A stretch of 64,000 nt of DNA from Lytechinus pictus (GCF_037042905.1 NC_087251.1:24430001-24494000), one strand, 5' to 3'; positions 27,481 to 39,799 are shown, numbered from the stretch's first letter. Numbers and translations: made by a program. Notes: generated by a model from the sequence alone, not told the origin.

Positions 27481-28590
27481 TGCAATAGTACGTTTATACT
27501 TGACCAAAGAAAAGTGATATACTCTTGATTCAGGAACATGACACACAAGTTCATCTTATCGCAGTTAATTTTGTGTTAAAAGATTGGATGAAATGAATCT
27601 TTCACACTTTGAAAGATAAAAAATAGCAACTAGGTCATTTGTAAATTGATATTAAACATCAAAACTGCAGAATCTCATAATATATTGATTAAATGGGGAC
27701 AGATGGAAAAAAGAGATATTATATTAACAAAAAAAAACCCTTTAAAGTGTGAGAATATGCTGAGCATAATCTTGTGAGTTTCCAATAAATTCAATGGATT
27801 TATACATACCGTAACAAAATTTGGTTTCATGAGCAAAAAGTAATTATCACTGATGTAGAAATGTAGAATAACACACACACAAAAATGCAAATTTCAAGGA
27901 TATCATGATTTATCACTTTAATTAATGAATGCCATAATATTCAGGGTATGTGATTTTTAAGCTATTCCATTGTATACTTTTTTCAAAATGAAAATCAGTG
28001 TTTTAAGCTGTGATTAAATTTTGATAAACCCACATCTTTTCAAATCTATTCATCAAACATCGGTTCTAGCCATATCATATGAATAAATCTACATGGGCAC
28101 CAGCAGCATGTCAAAGGATTGGATGTGGGTTCTTTTTCCCTAACTCTAACAGCACCATCCAAGCCAGGAATAACACCAGCAAACATTATATCAGCAATTC
28201 CCTTATCCCTACTCTGTCTGGTTTTGGGATCTTGCCAAGTTCCAATTACCCTGCCTCACCGGCTGACTCGAGGGGGCACTATACCCTATTTGACGATGGT
28301 TATCTACCAGACCGGTCTCATTGGATGAGCTCTGTAACTTTATATCTAAAGTAGAAGTGAGCTGATTCTGTGCCAAGATAAATGCATGCACCAGAGAGAG
28401 TGAAAACAAAGGGGATTGTATCAGTGATCTAATGTGAGAAAGATAGAGAGGAAGATATAGTGGACAGTGGGGGGGGGGGGGCAGGGAGGGGGAGCGAGAG
28501 AAGGTGTGGTTAGGGAGCATCATGGGTAAATATAAGAATATAAAAAAAACATGAAGACTGAAGTTACACAAAGGTGGCAATAAATATTGG

Positions 28591-29005
28591 GCCTTTTCAC
28601 ACGTGAATCTCGAATCATCATTGTATTGATGATTGCAATTCGTCTTTAGAATCATCAGACCTTTCACACGCTCACTCGAAAACTGTGATTTGAATTCAAA
28701 TTTCTGTGCGAAGGCGGTATGTGTCCTTGGTGACTTGTCAATCAAAGCACTGCATCGATACAATGAGTGCATGACCATTGTATTATCTACGGAAGTGCTT
28801 GAAAGGACACGTAAGTCTTTTTACAGGTAAAATTCGTACCATAAGTTGAGTGAAACTTAACTGGAATTCACCTCCGGAGTAGAATTTGTGATTGTGATTA
28901 GCGTTCGTGATTCTAGTTTGGTTTCATACATGCTAAAAATTCGTCATTAGCCTTATTTTTCACTGGAATCATTAAAATTACAATTTTTTAACAGAGTGAA
29001 AGGGC
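28591..29005. mobile_element. MITE, Harbinger/Tourist-like termini
   Basis: TIRs GCCTTTTCACAC / GAGTGAAAGGGC, with internal TTTCACAC repeats. Confidence 0.6.
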
Positions 29006-30639
29006 GGTAAAATACATGGAAGTGGAAAGAAGTTCCACTGCATCAAGAATGAGAAACAATACAGACTAACAATAGATAGTAAAGAAATACAACACACAGT
29101 AAGAGACCAACTGAAGGAAAGAAAGTAAAACATAAGACGAAGAGACACAGGTATATGATGACATGCTTAATAAGTCTTCATGACACTATGATGTGATATA
29201 CCCGACCTTCACTTGACCTCTGTGGCTTCCTGTATCATATGAAGAGGGTTGACCCGTTCCCCTTGGGGTAGGGTGTGGAGGGAGGGGAGCAGCATACCAC
29301 TAGGGCGGGTTAAGGTAAGGTAAGTATGTGGGTTTTCATAGGATTATCAAAGACCAAAAGATGGTGGCATGAAACTTCTTAGAAACAAAATAATATTAAT
29401 CATAATTCCACCACAATCTGAGCATATTCATTCACTTTAACAAAAATGGGTTGAATGGGGAAAAAGAAAAATCCATAAGAAATAGATGCCAAATCCTAAA
29501 AGAATTATACATTATTAAATAATATGGCAAGACTCAGAACATGCTATTTAACAGTTTAAGATTTCCACGAGGTGCATACTCATTTCTCGACATCTTTCAT
29601 AAAGATAACTATCAGGCTGTATCTGCAACATCCCATAATATCCAACAATGTTTTGTAAGTAAGTGGGTGTTCATAGAATGATTAAAGATCCCCAAAAAAT
29701 GCTGGAATAAAAATTCTTGGAAATGGAATGAATTGTTTAACGATCCATCTCATGTTAAACTTGAAATATCCCAGTTTCCTCATTGAAACCCGGAAAATGT
29801 TACCTAATTGTATTCCTGTTCAACATAAATTGGTAGCATTCTCCTCACTATGTCTTAACATCATTTTCATTTTATCCTGATGTACGAAGCGAGAAGACAC
29901 AAAATGTTTCAATTACCTTTTCTAATAAAATCAAGAGAAATCAATATGAGGGTAGGATGTAAAAATCAATTGAATGATCTGGGACCCTGTCCAGCGAGTA
30001 GTGTGTCAATGAGTTATAGCTGGTTTAGCTGGGATGGGGTAATGGTCTGACAAGCCTTGCAGCTTTGTTGACATAATGCAGCCATCATGTCATCTTGGAA
30101 TGCCTCCTCAGGATGTAAGGAAAGGTGGGGTGGGGTTCCAAACCAATCTAGCTTAACCTCCCACATCACTTATCACACTCATTAAATCCAAAATATCCCC
30201 CCTCCATCTCCTCCAACCCCACTTAACGGTTTGCTTTATTTATATGCCTGAATTGTGTGTATCAATTATGAGTGCGTTGTACTTTCAATGTAAGGTAAAC
30301 TAAAGGCCCAATGATGTTAAATCAAATATATTTTTCTACTACTCAAATATCTTCTATTTATTGTCTTCTTGTACATTTTTTATTATTATCTATCCTTCCA
30401 TAATGAACTCTTAATATCAATACCCTAGATACAGGATGATCCTTTCCTCAATACTTCTTAAGTAACTCTCAAGTAACAAATAGCATGTCTATCTCATCTT
30501 CCAAACTCCCGCTTACAAGGCCAACAGGGTGCCATAACTCCCCTTGCCATAGCAACCCAATCGTCCCCACCCCCATCACCACCACTCACTTATTAGAACT
30601 CGTCTAATGTCACCAATATAATCCACAAAATGAATCTAA

Positions 30640-31427
30640 GGGTGCGTTTATCCGCCACTTTTTTACCCTATAATCATGATTCGAATCATGATTCAAATCA
30701 TGATTCTGCAGAATCACGATTGCGTTTAGTCGAAATTGAATATAAAGAATCACAAACATGAAACACGAAAAAAGGGGCGTTTGGAAAGACGTTTCTGCAG
30801 AATCACGTACGAAAATGTTCGAATAAACGATATCGTGATTTGAATCATGATTATATGACCTCACTGTGTCGGGCTACGGCTTTCGGTTTGACTCTTGCCA
30901 AGCTCAAGGCTCTCTATGTGCTCATTGTATGTACATGATTACTCTGCATGCATTTCTTGTCATGTTCAAATTCTGTGTTGGTCTTCGCATCGTCCACTAC
31001 TTTTCATTTTTTGGTCATGTCTTCAACTTCAAGTTCTAGTAAATGAATTAACTGGACAGACAATGATCTCAGTTGTTGTTGAGTATAGAGTGTCAATATT
31101 AAATTGGATCTACGCTGAAATTCACTTCCGAACACCATTTTGGATTAACTAACAAGATGAATAGAAGCATATGGACCCTATATGATAGAAGTAAACTTAG
31201 GTTGAATTCTGGAAGCAAAATATTTTTCGAGAGCCGAAACACGTGCGAAAAACTTCCTCTGTCAAACTGCGCACTAGTGATGCGCACTGGATTGGCCCGA
31301 ATCTGAGGAGAAACAGCTTTGGAATGAAGGTCGTCTAAACGCTGATTCTGTGATATCGTGATTCATGTTTGTGTTTTGAATCATGATTCAAATCATGATT
31401 CTGGCTTGAGGTCGCATAAACGCAGCC
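30640..31427 (+). mobile_element. PIF/Harbinger-type MITE, copy A
   Basis: TIR GG(G/C)TGCGTTTAT; flanks TAA/CAA; subterminal AATCATGATT palindromes. Homologous along its whole length to the inverted copy at 59798-60612. Confidence 0.9.
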
Positions 31428-33460
31428 CAATCCATCTGTTAATATTCAATCATTTCTTATTGGTGTTGTTTTTCTTTTCTTTTCCAGTCTCTCTTTCAGT
31501 CTTCATCTCTTTCTTCAGCATACGTGTATCTTTTATTTCACATTCATTATCTTTCTTCCACACTACCCCTCCATCCCCTCCTATCTGTCATTTTGTCTCT
31601 GCCCCACCCTCCCTATGTCCGTCTGTCTCTCTGCCTCTCTCGTTGTCCAATCCCCTTACTCTTCTCCCATCCCACCACTCTCATTATCTTTTCTCCTCTT
31701 TCAGTTCTTCTCCCTATCCTATCAATCTATCTGTCCATCCATGGCTCTCATTAGACATCACAAACTATGATCATGGGTGACTCTCCTAAGACATTATCTG
31801 CCTTTCATCTTAGACGGGAGGAATTCCCAGTGGCCCGGCACGGGATTCCTCCTCAAAGCGTAATTCGCTGCCAGGAAAGAGTCCCCGGCGGGTCGGAACG
31901 CCGAAGATGCCGTCACATTCACCGGGCTCATCTGTTCAGGATGTCAAAGTTGTAAGCAGAGGGCAGCATAGGGGCGACAGGCCAGAAAGGGGCCTACTTA
32001 TGAGGATTTGTTTAATGACACTACTTAACAGTTAACATCTCAGATATGTATTAATATAATTTAGAGAAAACTTACTATTGAAGTTGATCAATGTGCTTAC
32101 AGTTACATACTCACTAAGCATTCCATTTTCATTTGTTACCGACAAAAGACATTTATGGATAAACAGTTTAATACAAAACCTTTAGTTGAAAATCTAGAAT
32201 TTATGATGAACTCTGAGAAACCTCTGACAAGAACATAAATTAACACACATATATTAATAAAACAAGAACTACATCTTCATCTCCAATAAAAGTACATCAG
32301 AAAGTGGAGAGTGGATGATGAAGATAGCCTAGAGTTTGGATGAGTAATGGTATATTATCTGGAGGAATCCATGCCCAGTGGGTGGGTTTCTGAGAAGTTA
32401 AGTCTAAACGGAAAGCATCGGGTCTTCATATCCCAATTGGACTTGGCAAAAATACAAACCACATAACTAAATCTTTAATGGCAAATGTACAAGGTGATTG
32501 AAAATAAAACTACAGAATCAGATCATTACGATTATGCAAGTATAAGAAATACAACAAAGTAATGTGAGTTCTTAAAAAGGACGAAAAAATCCAACATATG
32601 AAAAAAAAAAGTATTTGACTCTTAAAAACAGAATAGTCAATTGAAGAAAGAAAAGCCAGAAAAGAGATGTTAAATGAAAAAAAAAAACCATGTCAACTAT
32701 TATTCAATATATTAGCTAAATGAATATACTTACCCCTCCCTCCCCTCCCCGAACCATGAAAATAGAAAGTTTGCTTATGATAATAAATGACTGAAATACA
32801 TGTATAATGGGTTTGCAATTATTTAACCCACTCCCTTTAAGTATATTCATATACAAAAAAAATGTTTTATCAATATCCTTAAGTAAACATAGGAAATAAA
32901 TTGATGTGTTCCTAAATATATAATACTGACAACAAAGACAATTTACACTGTATACATTAGAGATCAGAACATGTCAAGAGAGACAGTTTGGCCTCTAGGA
33001 GAAGGAAGACAGAGAGAAAGGTTGAAAGGGAATACTCTAAAGGTTATCGTCCTGCGAACATGATAGACTAGCAGCTTGGAGCTGCAAGCTAGCTGTCTTG
33101 ATTGTAATCTCTGATCTTCTAATAGCTTACATGCTCACACTCTAACGACCAAGATGTCACCTTAATTGCATGCAAATTAAGATCAAGGTCATTGCCTTCT
33201 GCGAAGAGTTAGCGATCAATGCTAACTGGAAACCCTGTCGCTTGTCGATTGTCTGATGCAACCTCGTGGGGGATGGATATTGACTAAACAGTTCTGGTTA
33301 AATTATTACAGGAAAACTTCAGATAACAGCAAGACAAGAAGCAGTTAACAATCACAATGTATGCATCACAGAGGGTGATCAATACCAAGCTCCATATATT
33401 ATGAAAAATTAAGATTGTGGCAAACACTTTGCAAAAACATTCCCTATTTCAAAATTTTAA

Positions 33461-33817
33461 AGGCTTAGGCTAACTTCACAAAGATCTTATTTAAAAAAAA
33501 TTGTTATTAATGTTTGTATTCAATATTATTCAGATTTCATGATTTCACAAAGATCAGCTTATTTAATGTACCAGATCTATACCTATGATAATATCGTGGC
33601 AATTAACCTTGAGACTTTCTGATGAAATAATTGTTTGCTGTGACTACTTTCTTTTACCTTTAAGTGTATGCGATGTTTCCGGTCACTTTACATTTCACTT
33701 TAAATATCATTTTCGGACACAATATTTCTGGGCTTAATTTTTATGACATATCACAATCACAGACACAGAGGACAATTGGGCAGATTTTTAAAGTCAAATC
33801 AATGTTAGCTAATGCCT
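33461..33817. mobile_element. Degraded Kolobok-like MITE (third family)
   Basis: TTAA|AGGCTTAGGCTAAC ... GTTAGCTAATGCCT|TTAA. Confidence 0.65.
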
Positions 33818-34896
33818 TTAAACGATCTTAGAATATGAAAATATCAAACATCCTTGTCAAAATTTTGATATCACTATCACGCTTTCTTGTAATTACTAGT
33901 ACCTAAAAAGAGGGGGGATGGTGAATGGATAAGAATTTCAATAATCAGTACGAACACTGCAGCCAAGCTCAATTCATATTTTGCCGATTCAATTTGTATG
34001 TATTAGACATGGTTGGTTATTCCTGACTATCAGTCCAAAGCTTTCCTAATTGTATGACTAATACCATTTGGTTGCCATACAACACCAATCAATATCATCA
34101 GCAAGCTGATACTCATATCATACAAAACTACTTCTGGCTCCGGGTTTGCGATAATCTTGATACCCCTTCCCAAATTAAACCAAATGGGATAAAATTGAAT
34201 GAATTACCCAGTCATACAAGCTGAAGTTGATTTCTGAAGTTTTTTCTTTCTACTCGCAATGATTTCATTCTTGCCTCTAAACAAAATTAAGGTCTATTGA
34301 TTTACACAAGCAGACTGGCTAGGCCTGTGTTCAGATGCACAAACATTTCCACAAGAAAGATACCAAACATTTTAACTTTACAATGGGTTTTATTGTCTGC
34401 GCACTGACTAAAAATGGTGCACAATGAAATGTGACATATCATATGACAAAACTGGTGTCAGAGCATATTTCAAACTAGAACATGCAGAGTCTCCTCTGCA
34501 TAGTTGCCTGAACATACTGCTGACATACAACAGTCATTGTTTTGTTTGTTTGTTTGTTTGTTTTATTTTTATTTCTGCGTTCACAATACATTATCATAAA
34601 TATTTACATTGTTTGTAATATACAAAATAATTCATAATGCATACAATATAAACATAATACATACAACAGTATCTGTAATGGAGCTTTGACAAAATCATGC
34701 TTGCTCTGTAAATGATGGCCAACAGTCACATCAAAACATTTATCTTCTAATTGATAGATGTACGTGTCTGAACACTCTGTAGGCCTTACAATGAAAATTG
34801 TAGATGGCGTTCCTTAATTGAGTTGGGTAAAGTTGGTTCTGTGTTTGAAGAATTAGGATAGGCCAGTCAATTTGGGTTGCTTTTAATTCACTCATA

Positions 34897-35048
34897 CAGG
34901 GATGCCACTAGGTGTCCTCCAAAAATACTGAAACTTATCGCGGGCCGGGATAGTTTCCAAGAAAAAAAAATTTAGGGGGGTCCACCTTAAATTTTGGGAT
35001 GGACACATGTCACAGGTAAAAAATTGGACAAGCAAAAAAAAATGGACA

Positions 35049-35097
<49 letters not shown>

Positions 35098-36111
35098 GGA
35101 GGGGGGGGGGATCCGCCCCCACCTCAAATTTAGGGGAAGGGGAGGACCAAGTGGCTTCTTACCTTGTTGTGATCGATGACTTTGAAGTCAATTAGGTTTG
35201 AAAGACTGACGGTAGTTAGTTGTGTTTCTCATAGAACGCTAGACCAAAAGCTTCAGTCTCTGTATTTTGGTTGTTCAGCTGAACCGCGTTGGCTCCTCTC
35301 ACCAATACATAGACTGAAGAGTGGTTGGCCCGTACATAAAGACAACGTATCAGCTAACCCAGGGAGCTCCGGCCCGCGAGCTCCCTGGGCTAGCTGATAC
35401 GTAACCCAAGGAGCTCCGGCCCGCTTTCCGGGCTCGCTTCCGGGCCGGAGCTCCCTGGGTTCCGTATCAGCATGCAGCATAAACGTTAGATCTAACATTC
35501 GGCGGAGACCCGATTTTCGGATCGTTTTTGGTACATAAAATGTCACATTATAAAAAAATAATTACATCCAAACCTACGAGAAAATATATAAAATTCAGAA
35601 ACATCGTACCTTAGACCGCAGTTACCGCTAATTCCTGTCAAATGATGATCAAAACTTAGTCATCCTCGATTCCTTCGTTGGTCATCGTAAGTAGCCATCT
35701 TGGATGACGTCATCATTTTTACAGACGTATTTACCAGTCGCTATTATACCGCGATTCGTGCCGCTGCTTTGCGCTTCTCTATGTGCGTGCGTTCGGAACT
35801 TGTCGCTCGCATTGATTGGCCAGGATATCGATAATTCTAATCAGAAAGCCTTGATAAAAGCATAACTCAATGAACGTAGAGGCAGTGCGCGCGTTTATAA
35901 ATTATGTACTGTATAAAAGCAAATATCTCGGGGAAATATCTCTCACTCGGTCGATCGACATGCATCGCAATCGGGAGAGATAGGGGGAAAAAAGGAGGAC
36001 TTTCCGTTTTTTTAATACACAGAAAACAGGAAAAGTCGGAAATACGGAAATAAGACAGATAGCAGGAAAAAAGCCGGAATTCCGTATAAATACGGAAAAG
36101 TGGCATCCCTG
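34897..36111. mobile_element. Non-autonomous hAT-like element with 6-bp TSD
   Basis: Perfect 13-bp TIR CAGGGATGCCACT / AGTGGCATCCCTG. Direct repeat CTCATA at 34891-34896 and 36112-36117. Subterminal (A)CGGAAA repeats. Confidence 0.85.
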
Positions 36112-36891
36112 CTCATATGACATTGGTCAGAGGGTTGCATAGAGCTAAAGACAGTAAATCAGAGATTTAGTATCGACTGGTTGACCACACTGAGGCATAG
36201 TTGAGATTGGTGGGGCAGTGATTCGAGCACCAGTCTTGGTGTTGGAATCTCATCCACATCATTAACAGCCATTTCATAGTGTTGTGTTTTATAATTCTAC
36301 ATTTCCATGTAAAATGATGCAAGACCATCTTCATCTTTCTGGGGAGTATGATAAAACTTGACCTCATTAGCACCAGGTAATTCCAGTTTGTGAGGCTAAA
36401 ATATTGACCAAATGTCAATTCTCATTGTTCAAATCAAGAATTGAAGAATGAGGTGACAATCAATACCACTTACTTCATCATATACATTTATTTCAAACTA
36501 ATGACAGTTCAAACAAGCAATTTCAAAGTGAAGACGGACAACAAATCAGAACATGCCATAAAAACAGGAGAGAATGGCAGATAGGGAAATGAGGAAATAG
36601 GAAGAGAAAGAGGCCAGTGAAAGGGGAGGAAAAGTCATTAAAAAAAAAGAAGAAGAATAATGAAGTGGAAGAGGAATAGTTGGAGTAAATCAGAGAATTA
36701 AAAGTCATGATGATAAGGATGGAAGTCAGATGATATCAATGAATGGGTGAACAGAAGGATGGCATGAAAGCAAAGAGAGGGCTAAATGGGAGAATTAGAT
36801 GCGATGATTGAAAATTAGAATGAAAGGCGAGTAAAGAATGATTTGGGAAATGGGGTCAAAAGGTATAAGACAAAGACAATGACAAACTTAC

Positions 36892-37008
36892 CACACTAAC
36901 AGGGCTGGGAGCAGATGAATCCATACTAAGGATAGAATCATCTCCATCAAAAGATAAGTTAGCAGTGTCAGATATGATCTCAGATTTGACCTTCTTTCCA
37001 ACTTCCTT
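36892..37008 (-). CDS. INO80: INO80 exon E (117 bp, phase 0 to 0)
   Basis: Acceptor ttccattctag|AAG and donor GTG|gtaagt. Reads KEVGKKVKSEIISDTANLSFDGDDSILSMDSSAPSPVSV, similar to human DNSNLSADGDDSFISVDSAMPSPFSE as recalled. Confidence 0.93.
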
Positions 37009-37379
37009 CTAGAATGGAAAGGGGAAAAAAGAGATACATAAAATAATTATGGGTTTGCCATTAAAATCAAACATTTTTTTGTTGAGAACAAGAGGGAGGG
37101 TGAGAGGAAAGGGGGACATAACAGAGATGGTAACCAAGGAGAGACCAAAAAGGGAAACATACAGGGAGAGAAAGAGAGATGGAGGAGCAACATTGAGATA
37201 TGACTGACAATGACAAGTAGGTGTAAGAGTAGCTATTCCTAAACTCTGCTTATAATTATAAGTCATATTCTAGATGAAAAGATTAAATTTAAATTTGAAA
37301 GATTATATATTTTCACCAATACTCGATAGAATGCGCATAAAAAAGACCCTATTTCTTCAATTATTTTTGGAATACTTAC

Positions 37380-37471
37380 CACACTTTCACCATCTTTATC
37401 TCTCTTGCGTTTTCTTTCTTTGCCTTGAGATTTGTCATCCGTGCTCTTCTTCTCTGACTGCTTCATCCGAA
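37380..37471 (-). CDS. INO80: INO80 exon D (92 bp, phase 1 to 0), basic NLS-like segment
   Basis: Acceptor ctactgtag|TT and donor GTG|gtaagt. Reads (F)RMKQSEKKSTDDKSQGKERKRKRDKDGESV; compare human KERKRKREK. Confidence 0.93.
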
Positions 37472-37838
37472 CTACAGTAGAATTAAAAAATAAAATAATT
37501 GAATGCTTTCAACACACTAAACAACCAGTATTTGGCCTGATTTTGGAAGAAAGTATAATAAAGTAAATTGTCTTATTAGAGGATCAAACTATATACAGGA
37601 ATACTACAATAATAGTTTGTTCAATTAGAGTTATTGGTAAAAAAAACAGTATAAATGAAATAAGCTTGAAAGTATAGATGATCATAAAATTGCAATGTCA
37701 CTTTGATTATGACTTAATTTTGCTATATTGGGATTCTCACTAGCAATAAAATAACATTGGTTAGTTGATTTCCATGATTTGTATAAAGATTGTAGATTGA
37801 CTCAATCTACAATCTTAGTCAATCTACAATCTTTATAC

Positions 37839-38857
37839 AAACAAGTGGAACGCCTCTGGCAGTCTCGCCTGCATTACGCAATTTAATATAGCAGCAGTGC
37901 TAACTTTGAAAACTACTATAAAATAATCATTCACAAAAACATCATTCATATAATGACATAATACCACGTTCATTGACCATAAATGACATTTGAACGGAGA
38001 CTTAAGACTGTCAACTACACCCATGTCCACATTTCATTCATTCTATCCATAAACTTTCAAAGTTATGATAGCACTTCAACAATTACCCCAACATGGCCTA
38101 AGTTTATTGACCTTAACTGACCTTTGACTTGGTTTTGTGACCTGAAACTCACAGGGGATGTTCAGTGATGCTTGATTACTCTTATATCCCATGTTTTATG
38201 AACTAGATCCATAAACTTTCAGAGTTAGGATGGTAATTTAACATATACCCCCAACATGGCCAAAGTTCATTGACCTTAAATGACCATTGACCATGGTCAT
38301 GTGACCTGAAACTCACACAGGATATTCAGTGGTACTTGATTAACCTAATGTCTAAGTTTCATGAACTAAATCCATAAATTTTCAAAGTTATGATGGTAAT
38401 TTAAACAAATACCCCCAACTTGGCCAAAGTTCATTGACCCTAAACGACCTTTGACCTTGGTCATGTGATCTGAAACTCAGGCAGGATGTTCACTAATACT
38501 TGATTAACCTTATGCCCAAGTTTCATGAACTAGGTCCATATACTTTCTAAGTTATGATGTCATTTCAAAAACTTAACCTTCGGTTAGGATTTTGAAAATA
38601 ATTTTCCCAACATGGTCTAAGTTCATTGACCCTAAATGACCTTTGACCTTGGTCATGTGACCTGAAACTCAGGCAGGATGTTCAGTAATACTTGATTAAC
38701 CTTATGTCCAAGTTTCATGAACTAGGTCCATATACTTTTTAAGTTATGATGTCATTTCAAAAACTTAACCTTAGGTTAAGATTTGATGTTGACGCCGCCG
38801 CCGCCGTCGGAAAAGCGACGCCTATAGTCTCGCTCTGCTATGCAGGCGAGACAAAAA
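37839..38857. mobile_element. Non-autonomous Helentron/HINE-like element with tandem array
   Basis: Subterminal IR GTCTCGCCTGCAT (37862-37874) / ATGCAGGCGAGAC (38840-38852). Terminal stem-loop with GTCTCGC 38827-38833. (GCC)n tract at ~38794-38806. Four to five ~165-190-bp units with AAGTTCATTGACCYTAAATGACCTTTGACC. Confidence 0.8.
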
Positions 38858-38934
38858 TGGCAATTTTGTGGTAATATACAATATTGATTTGTCTACTGTA
38901 TCTTTAAATAGAATTCACCTATAGCCAAACTTAC

Positions 38935-39037
38935 ACTTCATTTCAATATCCTCATCATCTAGGAGAAGGGATACAACTTCTTTAGGTTTGAGTTGATCTA
39001 ACTTGAAGTTTCCACCAGTGATAACCATCCTCTGGAT
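38935..39037 (-). CDS. INO80: INO80 exon C (103 bp, phase 0 to 1)
   Basis: Acceptor atcatttcag|ATC and donor T|gtaagt. Reads IQRMVITGGNFKLDQLKPKEVVSLLLDDEDIEMK, near-identical to human IQRMVISGGNFKPDTLKPKEVVSLLLDDEELEKK as recalled. Confidence 0.97.
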
Positions 39038-39799
39038 CTGAAATGATACAAAATAAACACAAATATTTGCATGGCAATCTACATATCTGTTCTCCTAACC
39101 CACTTTCATGACTTTGCAATTATTTTATCAGGCCTCCAGCAGATGCAAGTCATATCAATCGTTGAAGGGAATCTGTTTGCCTGTATGGCACATGTAAACT
39201 GTATTGAATTAAAGCAGATTTCGAAAATAAACTTGAGATGTTTCCCACATGGTGTACTTTTGAGATCGTGGAGGATCCATCTAATATTAACTTTTTACCC
39301 ATAGCGTATTCATTTTGAGCTTTAGAAGAGAGTAAAGCTTGGTATAATGTAAAAAAAAAAGAAGATACAGAGGTTTATAAAAGAGAAGAACGAGATAATA
39401 AAGAGAAGTAGGAGGTGAAAACCAAGGAGGAAAATAAAGACAAGGAGAAGTAAGAGAAGGAAAGAAAGAGAAGGGGAAAGAGACAGAGGAGGAGCAAGAG
39501 GAGGAGGGAAAAGGAAGAGGGGGTGGGATAAAAAGAAGGAGAAGAAAAAAAAGAAGAGAAGGTGAAGTAGAAGAAAGATTGAGTTAGAGACTAGACAGCA
39601 AAGAAAATTATATGACATGTGTCTTCATTTGATATCAAGATCTGAAACATACTGAAATAACTAAGTATGTCCTCTGCCTAATCATAGCATTATATTTAGC
39701 AAAATGACATTTGCACAAGCCACAGCCAACACTCACACTAAGCAACAAGTTGATACTGCTATGCAAAATAACCTTTTCTACACCTATAGCTGATTATCA

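Noticed and set aside
28209..28778. 189-aa ORF
   Set aside because: Runs through a MITE and a G/GA-rich tract; no recognisable protein.
37960..38790. Regularly spaced repeats as a CRISPR array
   Set aside because: Whole units are homologous (no unique spacers), the context is eukaryotic and there are no cas genes.
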